This document shows, piece after piece, positions 1 through 9,883 of a DNA stretch of 64,000 nt. A program made the translations under genes and the position numbers. The notes beneath the pieces were generated by a model, which worked only from the letters and a program-made list of their open reading frames with translations, did no database searches and was not told where the DNA came from. The DNA is from a virus (lineage: Duplodnaviria > Heunggongvirae > Uroviricota > Caudoviricetes): the IMG/VR virus record IMGVR_UViG_2878930440_000003; one strand, given 5' to 3'. How positions within the stretch are numbered: the stretch's first letter is position 1; each line of letters starts with the position of its first letter.

Positions 1-1
1 T

Positions 2-172
2 GCAAAAAGCACCGAGAGTATAGAGTTTCTCAAAGACAAATCTAATTGGCTGATTATTGGGAACGATGATCTGGCTGATAAATTTGGGGTTGACAATATA
101 ACAATGGAGGATTTCGTCAATGGAGAACTTGGAGAATATTCTGAAGGAGCTAAGACAGCAGAAAAGAGATAA
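2..172 (+). CDS. hypothetical protein, 3' end only (gene continues upstream of the window)
   Basis: Open frame from the window edge to TAA at 170-172. Overlaps the alternative ORF 120..320 in another frame, so one of the two is probably spurious. Confidence 0.25.
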   Translation, partial: AKSTESIEFLKDKSNWLIIGNDDLADKFGVDNITMEDFVNGELGEYSEGAKTAEKR

Positions 173-312
173 ACATATTAAACCGGAAATCTTGACCTTA
201 GCAACCATAAAGAATAGGTACGGAAAAGACCCGTTACCTGAGTTGCGTAATTTATGGGCAAAAGGACTGGTTAAGAATTGTAGAACTTTAAATGATTTAG
301 GCTTTATATACA

Positions 313-900
313 ATGGATAAGGAGTTAATAAAGAAGTTAGTAGCACAAGGCAAGGCTTATGTACTTGACTTGCGAGGTGGTCGTGTTCCTTATAAGGAAG
401 GTAATGCTGCGGCAGTTGATTTTTACTGTCCACAAGATGTGGTATTGAATATGCCTTGGGTGAAAATGGGAAGAGGTCACATAAATCTGCATTTAGGTGT
501 TGAACTTCCTAAAGATGTTGGCTTGGATATTCGTTCACGTTCCGGCTTTACTGACAAAGGTATGCAAGTTGATGTGGCCTTTATTGGCAAGAACGAAACA
601 CAAGTTGGTTACATGACTAATGTTAGAGCGGATATTGATATTTGTCTAGGTCTGGTCGAAGAAGACTATAGGGACAATATTGGTGCGCTTTATAGAGTTA
701 ATTCCGACCGTTATATGCCGACAAAGGATAGCAAATTTAAACTAGATTCAGATTACGAATATTATGTTTTCGAAGTCAAGAAAGGTACTCGTATTTGTCA
801 GGGGGCATTCCGCAAGGTAGAAAATCCAGATTGCATACTTGGAGAGTTGAATATGGAAAATAATCGTGGAGGAGGATACGGACATGGTGGAGCAAAATAA
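313..900 (+). CDS. dut: dUTP diphosphatase (trimeric dUTPase)
   Basis: Motifs AAAVDFYC, GLVEEDYRDNIG (compare GxIDSDYRG) and C-terminal Gly-rich RGGGYGHGG (motif V). Confidence 0.8.
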   Translation: MDKELIKKLVAQGKAYVLDLRGGRVPYKEGNAAAVDFYCPQDVVLNMPWVKMGRGHINLHLGVELPKDVGLDIRSRSGFTDKGMQVDVAFIGKNETQVGYMTNVRADIDICLGLVEEDYRDNIGALYRVNSDRYMPTKDSKFKLDSDYEYYVFEVKKGTRICQGAFRKVENPDCILGELNMENNRGGGYGHGGAK

Positions 901-1408
901 CAATGGGTGTTGCGAATATGCTAACAAGTATATCTTTGAGATTAGACATTTGGCAGACATGATTGAATGCAAGGATAATGCCACTTTCGTTTCATCTCTA
1001 AGGGAGGACTTCGGAAAGCTCGGATTATTTTCAAGCGCAGCCAATTTCCTTCGTCTTATGTATGAGATTCGAGCATCTTCTGAAGACAAAGAAACCTTAC
1101 GAAATCATATCAGCGTAATGGCGATGGAAGCCTTGCTTACGCTCTCTTGGTATATTGTTTCTGATTATAACGACATCATCGGGTCGCAAATCGAGCTTTT
1201 CAAAACCAAGAATAAGCGGTATGGAAACGCTTTCTCGGAATGTTTCTCTAAGGATGGTTATCCGTATGCATTCGGTCATTTGCAAGAGAAGATTAATCGT
1301 ATTTGCTCTTTGCTGACTTTGAACGAGGATGCTAAAGAAGAGCCTGTCATAGACAGCTATAAAGACTTGTTAGGTTATTGCATTTTAACTCTTATCGAAA
1401 TAAAATGA
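866..1408 (+). CDS. hypothetical protein
   Basis: 180-aa ORF overlapping the dut stop; no recognisable motif. Confidence 0.4.
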   Translation: MEEDTDMVEQNNNGCCEYANKYIFEIRHLADMIECKDNATFVSSLREDFGKLGLFSSAANFLRLMYEIRASSEDKETLRNHISVMAMEALLTLSWYIVSDYNDIIGSQIELFKTKNKRYGNAFSECFSKDGYPYAFGHLQEKINRICSLLTLNEDAKEEPVIDSYKDLLGYCILTLIEIK

Positions 1409-1563
1409 GATACCGAATAACGAGAATAGAAAAAGTTATCAATGGGCAGAGTTCATTTGAGCACTGCTCGTTGATAGTTTCTAACATAGAAAAGTTTAGG
1501 AAACAAATAGATGCAGACGCGGTTAACTTCGTCTATGAAATGTTGGATTAAAAATAGAAAAGA

Positions 1564-2001
1564 ATGAAAGAACCAGACATTGAAATGAATCTAAAGAAAA
1601 TCATGGAACGCATAAAATGGATTAGAGAAACTAAGGCCATCTTATCCAAGGAAGAAATAAGTCTTTCCATTCCATTGATGCAAGACTTATCGCAAGTAGG
1701 CAATATTTACGATAAGTTTATGAGCTATCATGCCGGACGAAATTCCACAATGGTACGCAAGCAATTTATCTTTGTTATTCTTTATCTTTATTCTCCTAGT
1801 GCCCTTGGCGGTTCTAAGATGAGAAGAGGGTTAAGAGAAAAAATCGCTAAGGTTTTGGGGTGTACATGTTCTAATGTAAGCCATGATTACAAAAACATCA
1901 GTTTCTATTATGTTACTTACCGAAGTTTCCGTAATGACGTGAATGAGATATTGGATAAGCTATTAATAGATTTGGGTTTAAAAGAGATAGGGGAAGAATA
2001 A
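1564..2001 (+). CDS. hypothetical protein
   Basis: 145-aa ORF; last plus-strand gene before the strand switch near position 2010. Confidence 0.4.
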   Translation: MKEPDIEMNLKKIMERIKWIRETKAILSKEEISLSIPLMQDLSQVGNIYDKFMSYHAGRNSTMVRKQFIFVILYLYSPSALGGSKMRRGLREKIAKVLGCTCSNVSHDYKNISFYYVTYRSFRNDVNEILDKLLIDLGLKEIGEE

Positions 2002-2016
2002 CTTTCCCTACCCTTT

Positions 2017-2388
2017 TTAAAGCAATCGCAACTCTTGTTTAATACCAAGTTTTTTTGACTCTTTATTAAAGAATTCTATTTTACGTTTTACTTTATCTTT
2101 AAACTTCTCGAACAATGCAATTAAAGCCTCTTGCTCGGTATCAAAAAGCTCTTCTTCTCTAATTGTATGCTGTACGGTTCGTTTACAATGGTCGGGTTTG
2201 TATCTATAATCTATCCACCAACCCGAAGAATTAAATTCGTTCCCCTCAAACCAAGATACGTTGCAGCATCCCTTTACTATACAGCGTTGTGGGGCATCAA
2301 ACCATCCATCAATATACCAAGCAATATCACCATTCTTATATTTGGGTATTGGTCTTTCCTCTTTGTTCGTATATTTATATTTCTTCAT
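2017..2388 (-). CDS. hypothetical protein
   Basis: 123-aa ORF, first gene of the minus-strand array. Confidence 0.4.
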   Translation of the reverse strand: MKKYKYTNKEERPIPKYKNGDIAWYIDGWFDAPQRCIVKGCCNVSWFEGNEFNSSGWWIDYRYKPDHCKRTVQHTIREEELFDTEQEALIALFEKFKDKVKRKIEFFNKESKKLGIKQELRLL

Positions 2389-2401
2389 ATTCTCTTTTTT
2401 A

Positions 2402-2743
2402 TTACTTATAGAAATCCCTATTATAAATACCTGAAAGCCTTTGCATATCTTCCTCTGTTATGGAGTACTTGTAGTTTAACTGATATTGAATATAGTCTCC
2501 ATACTCCACATCTTTACATGGGAACAGCTTTCCGTTATCAATTCGTTTGAATATTATATTATAATCTGTCCTCACTCCCTTGTTAATAATTGAGAAGTGA
2601 CTTCCTACAGACTCTCGTTTATCTATTACTTCATACCAAAAAGTTTTACCTTTATGAGACCTATCGTTAACACCCATATAAGCAAAAATTCCTAATATAA
2701 AAAGAACAAATAAAAGCTTAAAACAACTGTTATCTTTTTCCAT
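2402..2743 (-). CDS. hypothetical membrane-anchored protein
   Basis: N-terminal hydrophobic segment CFKLLFVLFILGIFAYMGV. Confidence 0.4.
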   Translation of the reverse strand: MEKDNSCFKLLFVLFILGIFAYMGVNDRSHKGKTFWYEVIDKRESVGSHFSIINKGVRTDYNIIFKRIDNGKLFPCKDVEYGDYIQYQLNYKYSITEEDMQRLSGIYNRDFYK

Positions 2744-2747
2744 ATTA

Positions 2748-2975
2748 CTAATGTTTTACTACTTCCAAATACTTTAATTTTGCGAATCTGTATGATACAT
2801 ATATCTTATCTACATTCACATCTGTATTAAAGGCAAGGATACATCCTTTATCATCATAGAACCCAAGGATAATATACTTTTCCTCTACATACCCTGCAAC
2901 GTATGCACCAATATCATTACCTTTATAAAGAACAGGCTCTCCACGATACGCATTAAAAAAATCTTTATTTGTCAT
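2748..2975 (-). CDS. hypothetical protein
   Basis: 75-aa ORF; start lies in a TAGCGTATG-type junction. Confidence 0.35.
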   Translation of the reverse strand: MTNKDFFNAYRGEPVLYKGNDIGAYVAGYVEEKYIILGFYDDKGCILAFNTDVNVDKIYVSYRFAKLKYLEVVKH

Positions 2976-2984
2976 ACGCTATCG

Positions 2985-3728
2985 CTATTTTAGTTCATCA
3001 AAGTCAAGCCACTCAATCTTATCGTAGCACTCATACAGAACTTCGATACGCTGTGTTCCGTCTCCTCTTGTGACAACCCATATATCGTCACTCATTGCTC
3101 CATAATGAAGAGCCGTAGGATTTACGCCACCTCCACTATATCGGAACATTACCCACTTTTTTAAAGGTGGCTTATCTTCTTTTAGGTCGTGCCATAATGA
3201 TGCAGCATTCACGTAAGGAACGTTTTCCGTATCACAATCGGTAACACCAACCATTTCTGTACTGAACGTTACTCCGTTAAGCTCATTGTAATCTACCTCA
3301 TCTTCATTGCTACAGATATTGAGGTAAATCTTCTTTGGTAAATTCTTTATTTTCATATCACTTAAATTTAATAATAAAAAACTCAGTATCAAGCCATTTT
3401 TCGGCTTTCCAAAGGTGATACCTTCGATTTTCTTTTCTATCATCGGACGATTTTTCGCATAACCGCAGAAGAATCGGACGTAGGTGTAAGGGATGAACCT
3501 AGCGGTTTTCTTTTCAAGCAACTCTTTGAGCTTTGAATTGCTTATAAGCATATCAAACTCTGGGTGCATTGTAACCTTGCGATATTCATCACTTCCTCCG
3601 TATTTTGCTTGAATTAAGCGGTTTATCCAATACGATTTGACAGCTCTGTATTCCTCAGTCTTTTCGCCAGCCACAATCATATCAAACCACTGCTTGCTGA
3701 TGGTGAGAGTCAATATTTTCTTTTTCAT
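2985..3728 (-). CDS. ASCH/PUA-like domain protein (tentative)
   Basis: N-terminal ISKQWFDMIVAGEKTEEYR resembles the ASCH beta-barrel start; the C-terminal half has no recognised motif. Confidence 0.35.
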   Translation of the reverse strand: MKKKILTLTISKQWFDMIVAGEKTEEYRAVKSYWINRLIQAKYGGSDEYRKVTMHPEFDMLISNSKLKELLEKKTARFIPYTYVRFFCGYAKNRPMIEKKIEGITFGKPKNGLILSFLLLNLSDMKIKNLPKKIYLNICSNEDEVDYNELNGVTFSTEMVGVTDCDTENVPYVNAASLWHDLKEDKPPLKKWVMFRYSGGGVNPTALHYGAMSDDIWVVTRGDGTQRIEVLYECYDKIEWLDFDELK

Positions 3729-3730
3729 CC

Positions 3731-3925
3731 TTACACCTCCTCCCAGTCTATTGCAAGTATATCCTCTGAGAGCATTCTATCTTCCTTGAATATATGATGC
3801 CCATAATGATAGAATATTCCTTCCTCGTCAATACCAAACGGATAAAGCCCATTTTCACGCTTTACGAGCTTTCCTTTTCTCATACGCTTTAAAGCCTCCG
3901 AGAAGTCAAATGTTTGCTTGCTCAT
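3731..3925 (-). CDS. hypothetical protein
   Basis: 64-aa ORF abutting the upstream gene. Confidence 0.35.
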   Translation of the reverse strand: MSKQTFDFSEALKRMRKGKLVKRENGLYPFGIDEEGIFYHYGHHIFKEDRMLSEDILAIDWEEV

Positions 3926-4103
3926 AACTACTTGTATTTATATCTGTATCTTACATCTTGGAGAATGTAATACACATCATTAAACATATTACCTAACATA
4001 CGTGATACACTACTATAACGGCTACATAAGTCTTCTGCTCCAACAGAAGCCTTCATAGTTATCTGTGCAGCTATCATTCTAAGCTCAGTATCATTGCTTA
4101 CCA

Positions 4104-4328
4104 TTACACTCTCAACTTCTTCTTAAATGTTGCAAGAATATAGATTGAACCACTACAAGGTGTTGTAGATTCAGTTGCTAATGCAGATGGAGGTATTAAG
4201 TTCCATTGTACTAGCTCCCAACCATCATAGCCTTCTTTATTAAATCTACTAGATAGAACCTGAGCTATCTCGTCAGCTTTATTAACAACTATTGAAGTTA
4301 CCATATATTCCCATTCATACTTCTTCAT
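4104..4328 (-). CDS. DUF4177-like small protein (tentative)
   Basis: KYEWEYM...EGYDGWELVQ pattern typical of DUF4177. Confidence 0.35.
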   Translation of the reverse strand: MKKYEWEYMVTSIVVNKADEIAQVLSSRFNKEGYDGWELVQWNLIPPSALATESTTPCSGSIYILATFKKKLRV

Positions 4329-4504
4329 ATTTTTCTCTTTTTACTTGTTAAACTTATCGCCTTGGTGATGCGGTGGTCTTTTTTACCAACAAAACCATAG
4401 CATATTTTGTACTCAAAATCTCTTAATCTTCTGTACCAATAATCACTTGCCGTACTTAGATGACGAGCTTGCTTCATTATCTTCTTAGCTAATCTAATCT
4501 TCAT
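4325..4504 (-). CDS. small basic protein, MKIR(L/Q)AKKIM paralog family
   Basis: 59-aa ORF (MKIRLAKKIMKQARHL...) not in the supplied ORF track. Paralogous to the starts of 56303..56572 and 56580..56903. Its 3' end shares the nucleotide motif CACCAAGGCGATAARTTTAAC with 57683-57705. Confidence 0.3.
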   Translation of the reverse strand: MKIRLAKKIMKQARHLSTASDYWYRRLRDFEYKICYGFVGKKDHRITKAISLTSKKRKI

Positions 4505-4806
4505 ACACCAACTAACTTTCCAATCAAACGATGTTCGTGCTTATCGAAAGTAATTCCATACTTGAACATTTCATCAAAAAGCATAAGACGCTCCTCGTTG
4601 GTAGCCAACCGAGTAGATTTCTTTTTATCCTCGGTCATTGTGAAATGAGAGCCTACCATTAAATTCTTATATTCCTTATGGAGATAAAGATAACAGAACA
4701 GATTATGATATTCTGGTTTCCAACACTTACATAACACAATCCAATTATTATTTATCACAACTATATTGCCTTCAGCAACAATATCTTCAAACATATTATT
4801 TTCCAT
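4501..4806 (-). CDS. hypothetical protein
   Basis: 101-aa ORF; start lies in AAGAAGTAGCGTATG. Confidence 0.4.
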   Translation of the reverse strand: MENNMFEDIVAEGNIVVINNNWIVLCKCWKPEYHNLFCYLYLHKEYKNLMVGSHFTMTEDKKKSTRLATNEERLMLFDEMFKYGITFDKHEHRLIGKLVGV

Positions 4807-4809
4807 ACG

Positions 4810-5043
4810 CTACTTCTTTTTACGACAAGGGCAACTCTCAGCGTGGATAACGCAAACACCATGTTTCGTGTCCACAACCAGATAATCGTGCTCTTCTTCT
4901 GTGATTACAGATATACCAACTCTCTTTGCTGGTTTATTGATATTAGCCAATGAGCAAATGCCCTCACATATCAATGCACCAACAATCAGACACAAGACCA
5001 ACCAAACGGCTGACTTGGTTAAGTCTAAAATCTTATTCTTCAT
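4810..5043 (-). CDS. hypothetical membrane protein
   Basis: TM segment AVWLVLCLIVGALICEGICSLA; start lies in TAGTAGCGTATG. Confidence 0.4.
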   Translation of the reverse strand: MKNKILDLTKSAVWLVLCLIVGALICEGICSLANINKPAKRVGISVITEEEHDYLVVDTKHGVCVIHAESCPCRKKK

Positions 5044-5049
5044 ACGCTA

Positions 5050-5307
5050 CTATTTCTTTCCGTAATACTTCTCTGATAAGCCGTTGAATCGCTCATAGTT
5101 CGGCAACTTGGGAGAGATTTCAAACTTCATCGTTGTAACATCATATCCTCTATCAGTCATTTCTTTGACAAACTCTTTGGTGAAGACCTTATCGAAAAGA
5201 TAATGAGCATCTGTTTGAGTCATAAACCCTAGAGGATGATAAGCACCAATGCAGTTCTCTTTCTTATCCCAATATGCCGTTAGCTTATCTTTCTTTAAAA
5301 GTCTCAT
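5050..5307 (-). CDS. hypothetical protein
   Basis: 85-aa ORF. Confidence 0.4.
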   Translation of the reverse strand: MRLLKKDKLTAYWDKKENCIGAYHPLGFMTQTDAHYLFDKVFTKEFVKEMTDRGYDVTTMKFEISPKLPNYERFNGLSEKYYGKK

Positions 5308-5643
5308 ATCTTAATTAATTTCCTCCTCAATCGTTTTGAGATAGTAAATTGTATTATTGATACCTGTAAGTTCCTTACAAGGCCTTTGGTAAGTCTCAGA
5401 GATTTGTTCCAAATCCTTGATAAATTGTTGTAGCTTAATTTTATCCTCCCAATCGAGAACTACTACATTTCTTGTTTCTTTTTTCATACGCTAAAAAGGT
5501 ATTTGTTTATTACTACTGCGAACATGCATATGTTTTCTTCTCCAAGCTAAATTATTTTCTACTTTAATATGCCCGTCTGGGAATTGATGTACTCTATCCC
5601 AATAAGCAAACATAGAGAATATACTTTTTATACGCTTCATACG

Positions 5644-6024
5644 CTACTTCTTTTTATCGAATTTATTGCCAACTCTTTCTATCTTACCAATTTCCAGAAC
5701 TTCTGAAAGCCAATAAAAAGGTTCATTTCCGCTGACTACCATAAAAGCATAGTTCTCTTCTGACCAAATCACTTCGCCTATAGGCTTATACCCTACGAAA
5801 TGTATTAGGTCGTGTTCAAACAATTCTTTACCTTCACAATCTGTCAGCCCTGTGAACTGGCAGACAGTAACAGGGTCAATTTCATGAAGCGTTGCACCGC
5901 CTGCTTCTACGATACCTATAGTAGTTTTGCTAAGTGCAGGAATCTTCATTACAACAAAGCTTCCGATTATCCATTCTCCGTTGTCAAGACGTTTTGCCTT
6001 AAACTTGATATTTTCTACTTTCAT
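5644..6024 (-). CDS. YopX-like protein
   Basis: N-terminal IKFKAKRLDNGEWI(I)G motif typical of the YopX family; paralog of 58115..58507. Confidence 0.5.
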   Translation of the reverse strand: MKVENIKFKAKRLDNGEWIIGSFVVMKIPALSKTTIGIVEAGGATLHEIDPVTVCQFTGLTDCEGKELFEHDLIHFVGYKPIGEVIWSEENYAFMVVSGNEPFYWLSEVLEIGKIERVGNKFDKKK

Positions 6025-6027
6025 AAG

Positions 6028-6315
6028 CTATAATTCTTCTTTTTCAAATTCACTTTTCGGAACTCTGTAAGATGTACTATGCCATTCACACTCATCATCT
6101 TTACCTATAACATATTTGGCAAGCGTATCTCTCAATGCCTTATAAGCTAAAGTGTTGTGACGAATCTGAATACGTATAAAGTTCTCATTATCACACATTG
6201 TAAGTGGTGATTGATTATTCATATACACCTTGCCTTTCTTGCCAAGGTTACTTCCGTTGTAACGTTGGTAGAAATATCCACTAGCCTTATGCTTGATTCT
6301 GTAAGGTTTTGTCAT
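6028..6315 (-). CDS. hypothetical protein
   Basis: 95-aa ORF. Confidence 0.4.
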   Translation of the reverse strand: MTKPYRIKHKASGYFYQRYNGSNLGKKGKVYMNNQSPLTMCDNENFIRIQIRHNTLAYKALRDTLAKYVIGKDDECEWHSTSYRVPKSEFEKEEL

Positions 6316-6317
6316 AA

Positions 6318-6854
6318 CTATTCTTTTTTAAGTTCTACAGCATCATCGCTCCAAGTAAGTTCTCTTCCGATGAGTTTCTTGATACTGCCTTTAGGTAGTT
6401 CTAAACACTTACAACATCCATTATCATCTCGCCAACTATCATCAATCTTTTTAGGTTTAGATGCAAACATAAGTTCCATGCCGAAAGAATTAACACATAG
6501 CCATGCTGTATTCCCATTCCATTCTTCTATTCCACCTGCGACTTTAAGATTCTTCTCTGCAAATCGCAAGGTTTCATGCAAATTGCTTAACTCTATATCA
6601 AGGTCAAAGTTATCTGGGTTGTTAGCCAAAATATACTCTAACCTATTTGCACACATTACTACTGCCTTTTTTGATACAAAGCGAGAAAAGGTGATACTAT
6701 CTGTATCATCCAAATCTATTTGAACTTTATTACCAATAATTGGATAATCAAGGTTCAAAACATAATTTAATTGTTTCTTTCTTGAAATTACCATAACTAT
6801 TCCTCCATTTTTATTCAATTTCAATCTTTTTAATGTAGTATTCACGTGAACCAT
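6318..6854 (-). CDS. hypothetical protein
   Basis: 178-aa ORF; C-terminal LPKGSIKKLIGRELTWSDDAVELKKE is shared with the C-terminus of 59748..59969. Confidence 0.4.
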   Translation of the reverse strand: MVHVNTTLKRLKLNKNGGIVMVISRKKQLNYVLNLDYPIIGNKVQIDLDDTDSITFSRFVSKKAVVMCANRLEYILANNPDNFDLDIELSNLHETLRFAEKNLKVAGGIEEWNGNTAWLCVNSFGMELMFASKPKKIDDSWRDDNGCCKCLELPKGSIKKLIGRELTWSDDAVELKKE

Positions 6855-6999
6855 TTTCTTTACTATAATGGTCTTTTGGTATTTTTGAACGTGCCTTATC
6901 TAATGTAGTAAATATTAGTTGTGTTGGCTCATCTTCGCCTTCACAGAAACCGCCACTAACATAAGTACGTTTACACCAAATCTGATACAATATCATATG

Positions 7000-7407
7000 C
7001 TATTCCTCCACTTTAATACCAAATGGAGTGCCATCGGCAAATAACAAATTCTTAAAGCTACTTTCAAATGTCTCATCTTCATATCCACGGAAGTGACAAC
7101 CATTAGTAACTAAGCATGTAAATGCACGATGTGTCTGATAATTAGCAAAGTACTTGTCTTTAACAACACCAAACGGCTGGTGTTTGAGCATTTCTGCCCA
7201 GCACTCTTCTGCATTGGCAAAAGGTCTGTACTTTGGCGCTGGCTTGATGCGGAACTTGAAATTTTTAATCATTCCAATAGGAAAATCTGTAACTTCTCTC
7301 CATGCCTTACTTACATCAGTAATACTAGAAAATTCGATAATCCTTCCTTCGCCAAACGCCTTAATAAATGGCGATAACTCTGCTGCTTCTTTACGATTCA
7401 TAATCAA
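7000..7407 (-). CDS. hypothetical protein
   Basis: 135-aa ORF. Confidence 0.4.
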   Translation of the reverse strand: MIMNRKEAAELSPFIKAFGEGRIIEFSSITDVSKAWREVTDFPIGMIKNFKFRIKPAPKYRPFANAEECWAEMLKHQPFGVVKDKYFANYQTHRAFTCLVTNGCHFRGYEDETFESSFKNLLFADGTPFGIKVEE

Positions 7408-7571
7408 TCCTCCAATTTTATATTATGTTCATCTGCGAAATAATCTTCTGCCTCTTCGCAAAACTGACCTTCGCAAAGTGATTCTGGGAGTGCTCTGCTA
7501 GTATAATACTCTCGGTGGCATAACTCACAGATTTCATTTCCATAATTATTTCTTAACTCTTCTCTAGTCAT
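7404..7571 (-). CDS. small Cys-rich protein, MTREEL family
   Basis: 55-aa ORF (MTREELRNNYGNEICELCH...CEGQFCEEAEDY...ELED), manually translated and not in the ORF track; paralog of 60322..60492. Confidence 0.3.
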   Translation of the reverse strand: MTREELRNNYGNEICELCHREYYTSRALPESLCEGQFCEEAEDYFADEHNIKLED

Positions 7572-7726
7572 TATTCGCCATCCTTTCTGACTAAATAGTC
7601 ATACATAGACTTGCGGTTTCTACGATATTCATTACATATCTTTTCTGCCTCTTCCTCTGTATCGCAAGTTGCAATGACTCTATCGGGATATGTATCCCAA
7701 TATCTAACTACTTTAAATTTTGTCAT
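7571..7726 (-). CDS. hypothetical small protein
   Basis: 51-aa ORF MTKFKVVRYWDTYPDRVIATCDTEEEAEKICNEY...; its stop overlaps the next start as TAATG. Confidence 0.25.
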   Translation of the reverse strand: MTKFKVVRYWDTYPDRVIATCDTEEEAEKICNEYRRNRKSMYDYLVRKDGE

Positions 7727-7728
7727 AA

Positions 7729-7968
7729 TCAATCCTCCAATAATTTAAACTCGGCAATAGAGTGATAAAAATCACCATTGCCATATACGTCACAACTATA
7801 TGATTTACAATTAACAGAAACCTCAAAATAGTTACCATCATCGTGTGTAATCTCTACTTCATTTGGTAGGATATTTTCCTTGAAGTACTCAGCAGATTGG
7901 ATATTATCCATAGGCTCTTCAGTCATAAAGGTTACACACTTTTCGTTGATTATATCTTCTATAATCAT
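7729..7968 (-). CDS. hypothetical protein
   Basis: 79-aa acidic ORF. Confidence 0.4.
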   Translation of the reverse strand: MIIEDIINEKCVTFMTEEPMDNIQSAEYFKENILPNEVEITHDDGNYFEVSVNCKSYSCDVYGNGDFYHSIAEFKLLED

Positions 7969-7971
7969 AGG

Positions 7972-8337
7972 CTAATCCTCCAATTTTAAATAAGCCCCAC
8001 CGTTACGACTTTCCTTCAGGAAGTCATAAACTTCTTCCTTGTAGGAACAACCGCAATCCTTCTGGAGAGCCTTTATTTTCTTGTAACCGATGCCAGCTTC
8101 ACGGAAAAGTTCTGCTGCTAATCCATAATATTTTACGTAGCCAATTATGTTTTGAATAACTGACCATTGTCCACGCTCAAAATCAGTAATACTATCATCT
8201 TTAGAAACGCCTAAAGCCTTGTTACATAGTCCGCACACTCTAGCCATTTCTTTTTCAAGCTGCTCGAAGGTGTACTGGCTCCAGTGATATGTAAGGTAGC
8301 TTGCACTACCTAATGCTTCTTTAACTTTATTATGCAT
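7972..8337 (-). CDS. hypothetical protein
   Basis: 121-aa ORF. Confidence 0.4.
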   Translation of the reverse strand: MHNKVKEALGSASYLTYHWSQYTFEQLEKEMARVCGLCNKALGVSKDDSITDFERGQWSVIQNIIGYVKYYGLAAELFREAGIGYKKIKALQKDCGCSYKEEVYDFLKESRNGGAYLKLED

Positions 8338-8339
8338 AC

Positions 8340-8699
8340 TTATTCCTCCAACTTTTCAATAGGTTTCCAATGAGTGATACGAGCCATTCTCCCTTCCCAT
8401 AAGACGATGAAGTCATTACCATCTTTTGAGACGGTAGTGCATTCCACTCTTCTGTTTTTGAAAACATTATCAGGAGCCATCTTGCTTGTTACAAAGACTT
8501 CTTCTCCGTAAGGTGGCAACTCATCCTCAACAGATACCCAGTCTGACTTTCCTAACTCTATCAAAGCATCATGCAATAAGCTATTTGCCTTTCTCAAAGG
8601 AGCATTATGCTTATCGCTTCCAAACTCCAAGCTATCAATATTGCTGCTGATAACTTCTTGTATCAGCCCTTTAACTTTCTTCTTATTCATAGTTGTCAC
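8340..8699 (-). CDS. DUF551-like protein
   Basis: W-x-SVEDELPP...EVFV ... THW pattern; paralog of 33599..33925. Confidence 0.45.
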   Translation of the reverse strand: MTTMNKKKVKGLIQEVISSNIDSLEFGSDKHNAPLRKANSLLHDALIELGKSDWVSVEDELPPYGEEVFVTSKMAPDNVFKNRRVECTTVSKDGNDFIVLWEGRMARITHWKPIEKLEE

Positions 8700-9001
8700 A
8701 AATTAAAATATTCACGAATCTGCTCACCTGTCATGCGATATACCTCAGATATTCGGCAGTCTCTAATTGAGCTATCCCATGCACTGATATATTCATCATT
8801 ACAACTACCATCAGCAACACGCTCTACGGCTTCTTCTGTTCCTGTCGCAAATCCAACGCTTATAAGTTCCTTTTCCTCGTCACTAAGCCCTTTTCCTTCC
8901 AAAGCAATATTTAGAGCGATTTGCAACTCGTCATGAGCCTTATCTGAATAGCCTATAGCCTTATCAATATGACTATTGATTGATTTCTCTTTCTTATCCA
9001 T
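8696..9001 (-). CDS. hypothetical protein
   Basis: 101-aa ORF, 4-nt overlap with the downstream gene. Confidence 0.4.
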   Translation of the reverse strand: MDKKEKSINSHIDKAIGYSDKAHDELQIALNIALEGKGLSDEEKELISVGFATGTEEAVERVADGSCNDEYISAWDSSIRDCRISEVYRMTGEQIREYFNL

Positions 9002-9148
9002 AGTTCTAAATTGTTTCTTGTTTAATCACTTCGTCAAGCCTTGCCCCCATCTTCTGAATGATGTTGTCAATGGTTTTGCCTTGATAGTCGGCAGCTATCT
9101 CTTGGAGGACTGCGAGTTGGCTTGTTAGTCTGAATCTGTTTGATACTG

Positions 9149-9601
9149 TTATACACTAATTCTTTCTCTCATTTTCAGTGCTTCCTCAAAAGGTATATAA
9201 CGACCATTCTTTGCAAGTATAAACACTTTACTCATATCCATTTCTGTAAAATTGCAAGAAGTAGTATCATATCTATTACAAATACAATGTTGCTCTTTAT
9301 CATATTCTTTTGGTGGCATCCATAGCGTATGGCACAGTTTACTCATCTCTGAGTCTTCCCCACCACCACATAAGACGCAACCACCCTTGCCTAGAAAGCA
9401 CACCTGTTTAGTGTCTTCTTCTTTTTTATTGAAAGAAACTATAAGTTTTGTTGAACTATACAAGTCCGTAGTCTCATGAGGATAGAACGAGCGATTTTTA
9501 CCTTCTTTGTCTATGCCTTTAACGAGATAGTAGCCATTATCAATCTCGTCCATATAAGCATCATATAAAATTTCTCCTGTCTTTTTTACTTTTGCGTACA
9601 T
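9149..9601 (-). CDS. hypothetical Cys-rich protein
   Basis: 150 aa with a CFLGKGGCVLCGGGE...CHTLW...CICNRYDTTSC cluster. Confidence 0.4.
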   Translation of the reverse strand: MYAKVKKTGEILYDAYMDEIDNGYYLVKGIDKEGKNRSFYPHETTDLYSSTKLIVSFNKKEEDTKQVCFLGKGGCVLCGGGEDSEMSKLCHTLWMPPKEYDKEQHCICNRYDTTSCNFTEMDMSKVFILAKNGRYIPFEEALKMRERISV

Positions 9602-9615
9602 ATTCTTCTTAATTA

Positions 9616-9639
9616 TCCCTCTCCCTTTTGCAGGAGAGG
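9616..9639. terminator. repeated hairpin CCCTCTCC-cttttgca-GGAGAGGG
   Basis: 8-bp stem between gene 9648..9851 (stop) and gene 9149..9601 (start). Confidence 0.45.
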
Positions 9640-9647
9640 GTGGTTAG

Positions 9648-9851
9648 TTACTCAACATCTTCAAACTCAGAGGTAATTTCCTCGTCTGACTTCTTTTTGA
9701 AATCAAAGTAAGATTCCGTTTCATCGTCATACTCGCAACTAAGGCTAACATCATAGCCATCCCAGTTGTCAACTCCACCTGCTTCCAACAAGTCTAACTT
9801 GTATTCAGCTTTAAGAAGCTCTGCCAAACGTTCTGTACTAATCTTCTTCAT
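9648..9851 (-). CDS. hypothetical acidic protein
   Basis: 67-aa ORF preceded by the conserved ATCCCATAAGGGAT leader. Confidence 0.4.
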   Translation of the reverse strand: MKKISTERLAELLKAEYKLDLLEAGGVDNWDGYDVSLSCEYDDETESYFDFKKKSDEEITSEFEDVE

Positions 9852-9867
9852 TATTACTTATATTTAT

Positions 9868-9881
9868 ATCCCATAAGGGAT
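9868..9881. promoter_or_regulatory. conserved ATCCCATAAGGGAT hairpin motif 5' of a start codon
   Basis: See 63682-63695. Confidence 0.45.
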
Positions 9882-9883
9882 GG

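Noticed and set aside
6211-6723. 170-aa plus-strand ORF antisense to 6318..6854
   Set aside because: Ser/Leu-rich, low-complexity and antisense to a gene fitting the dense minus-strand array.
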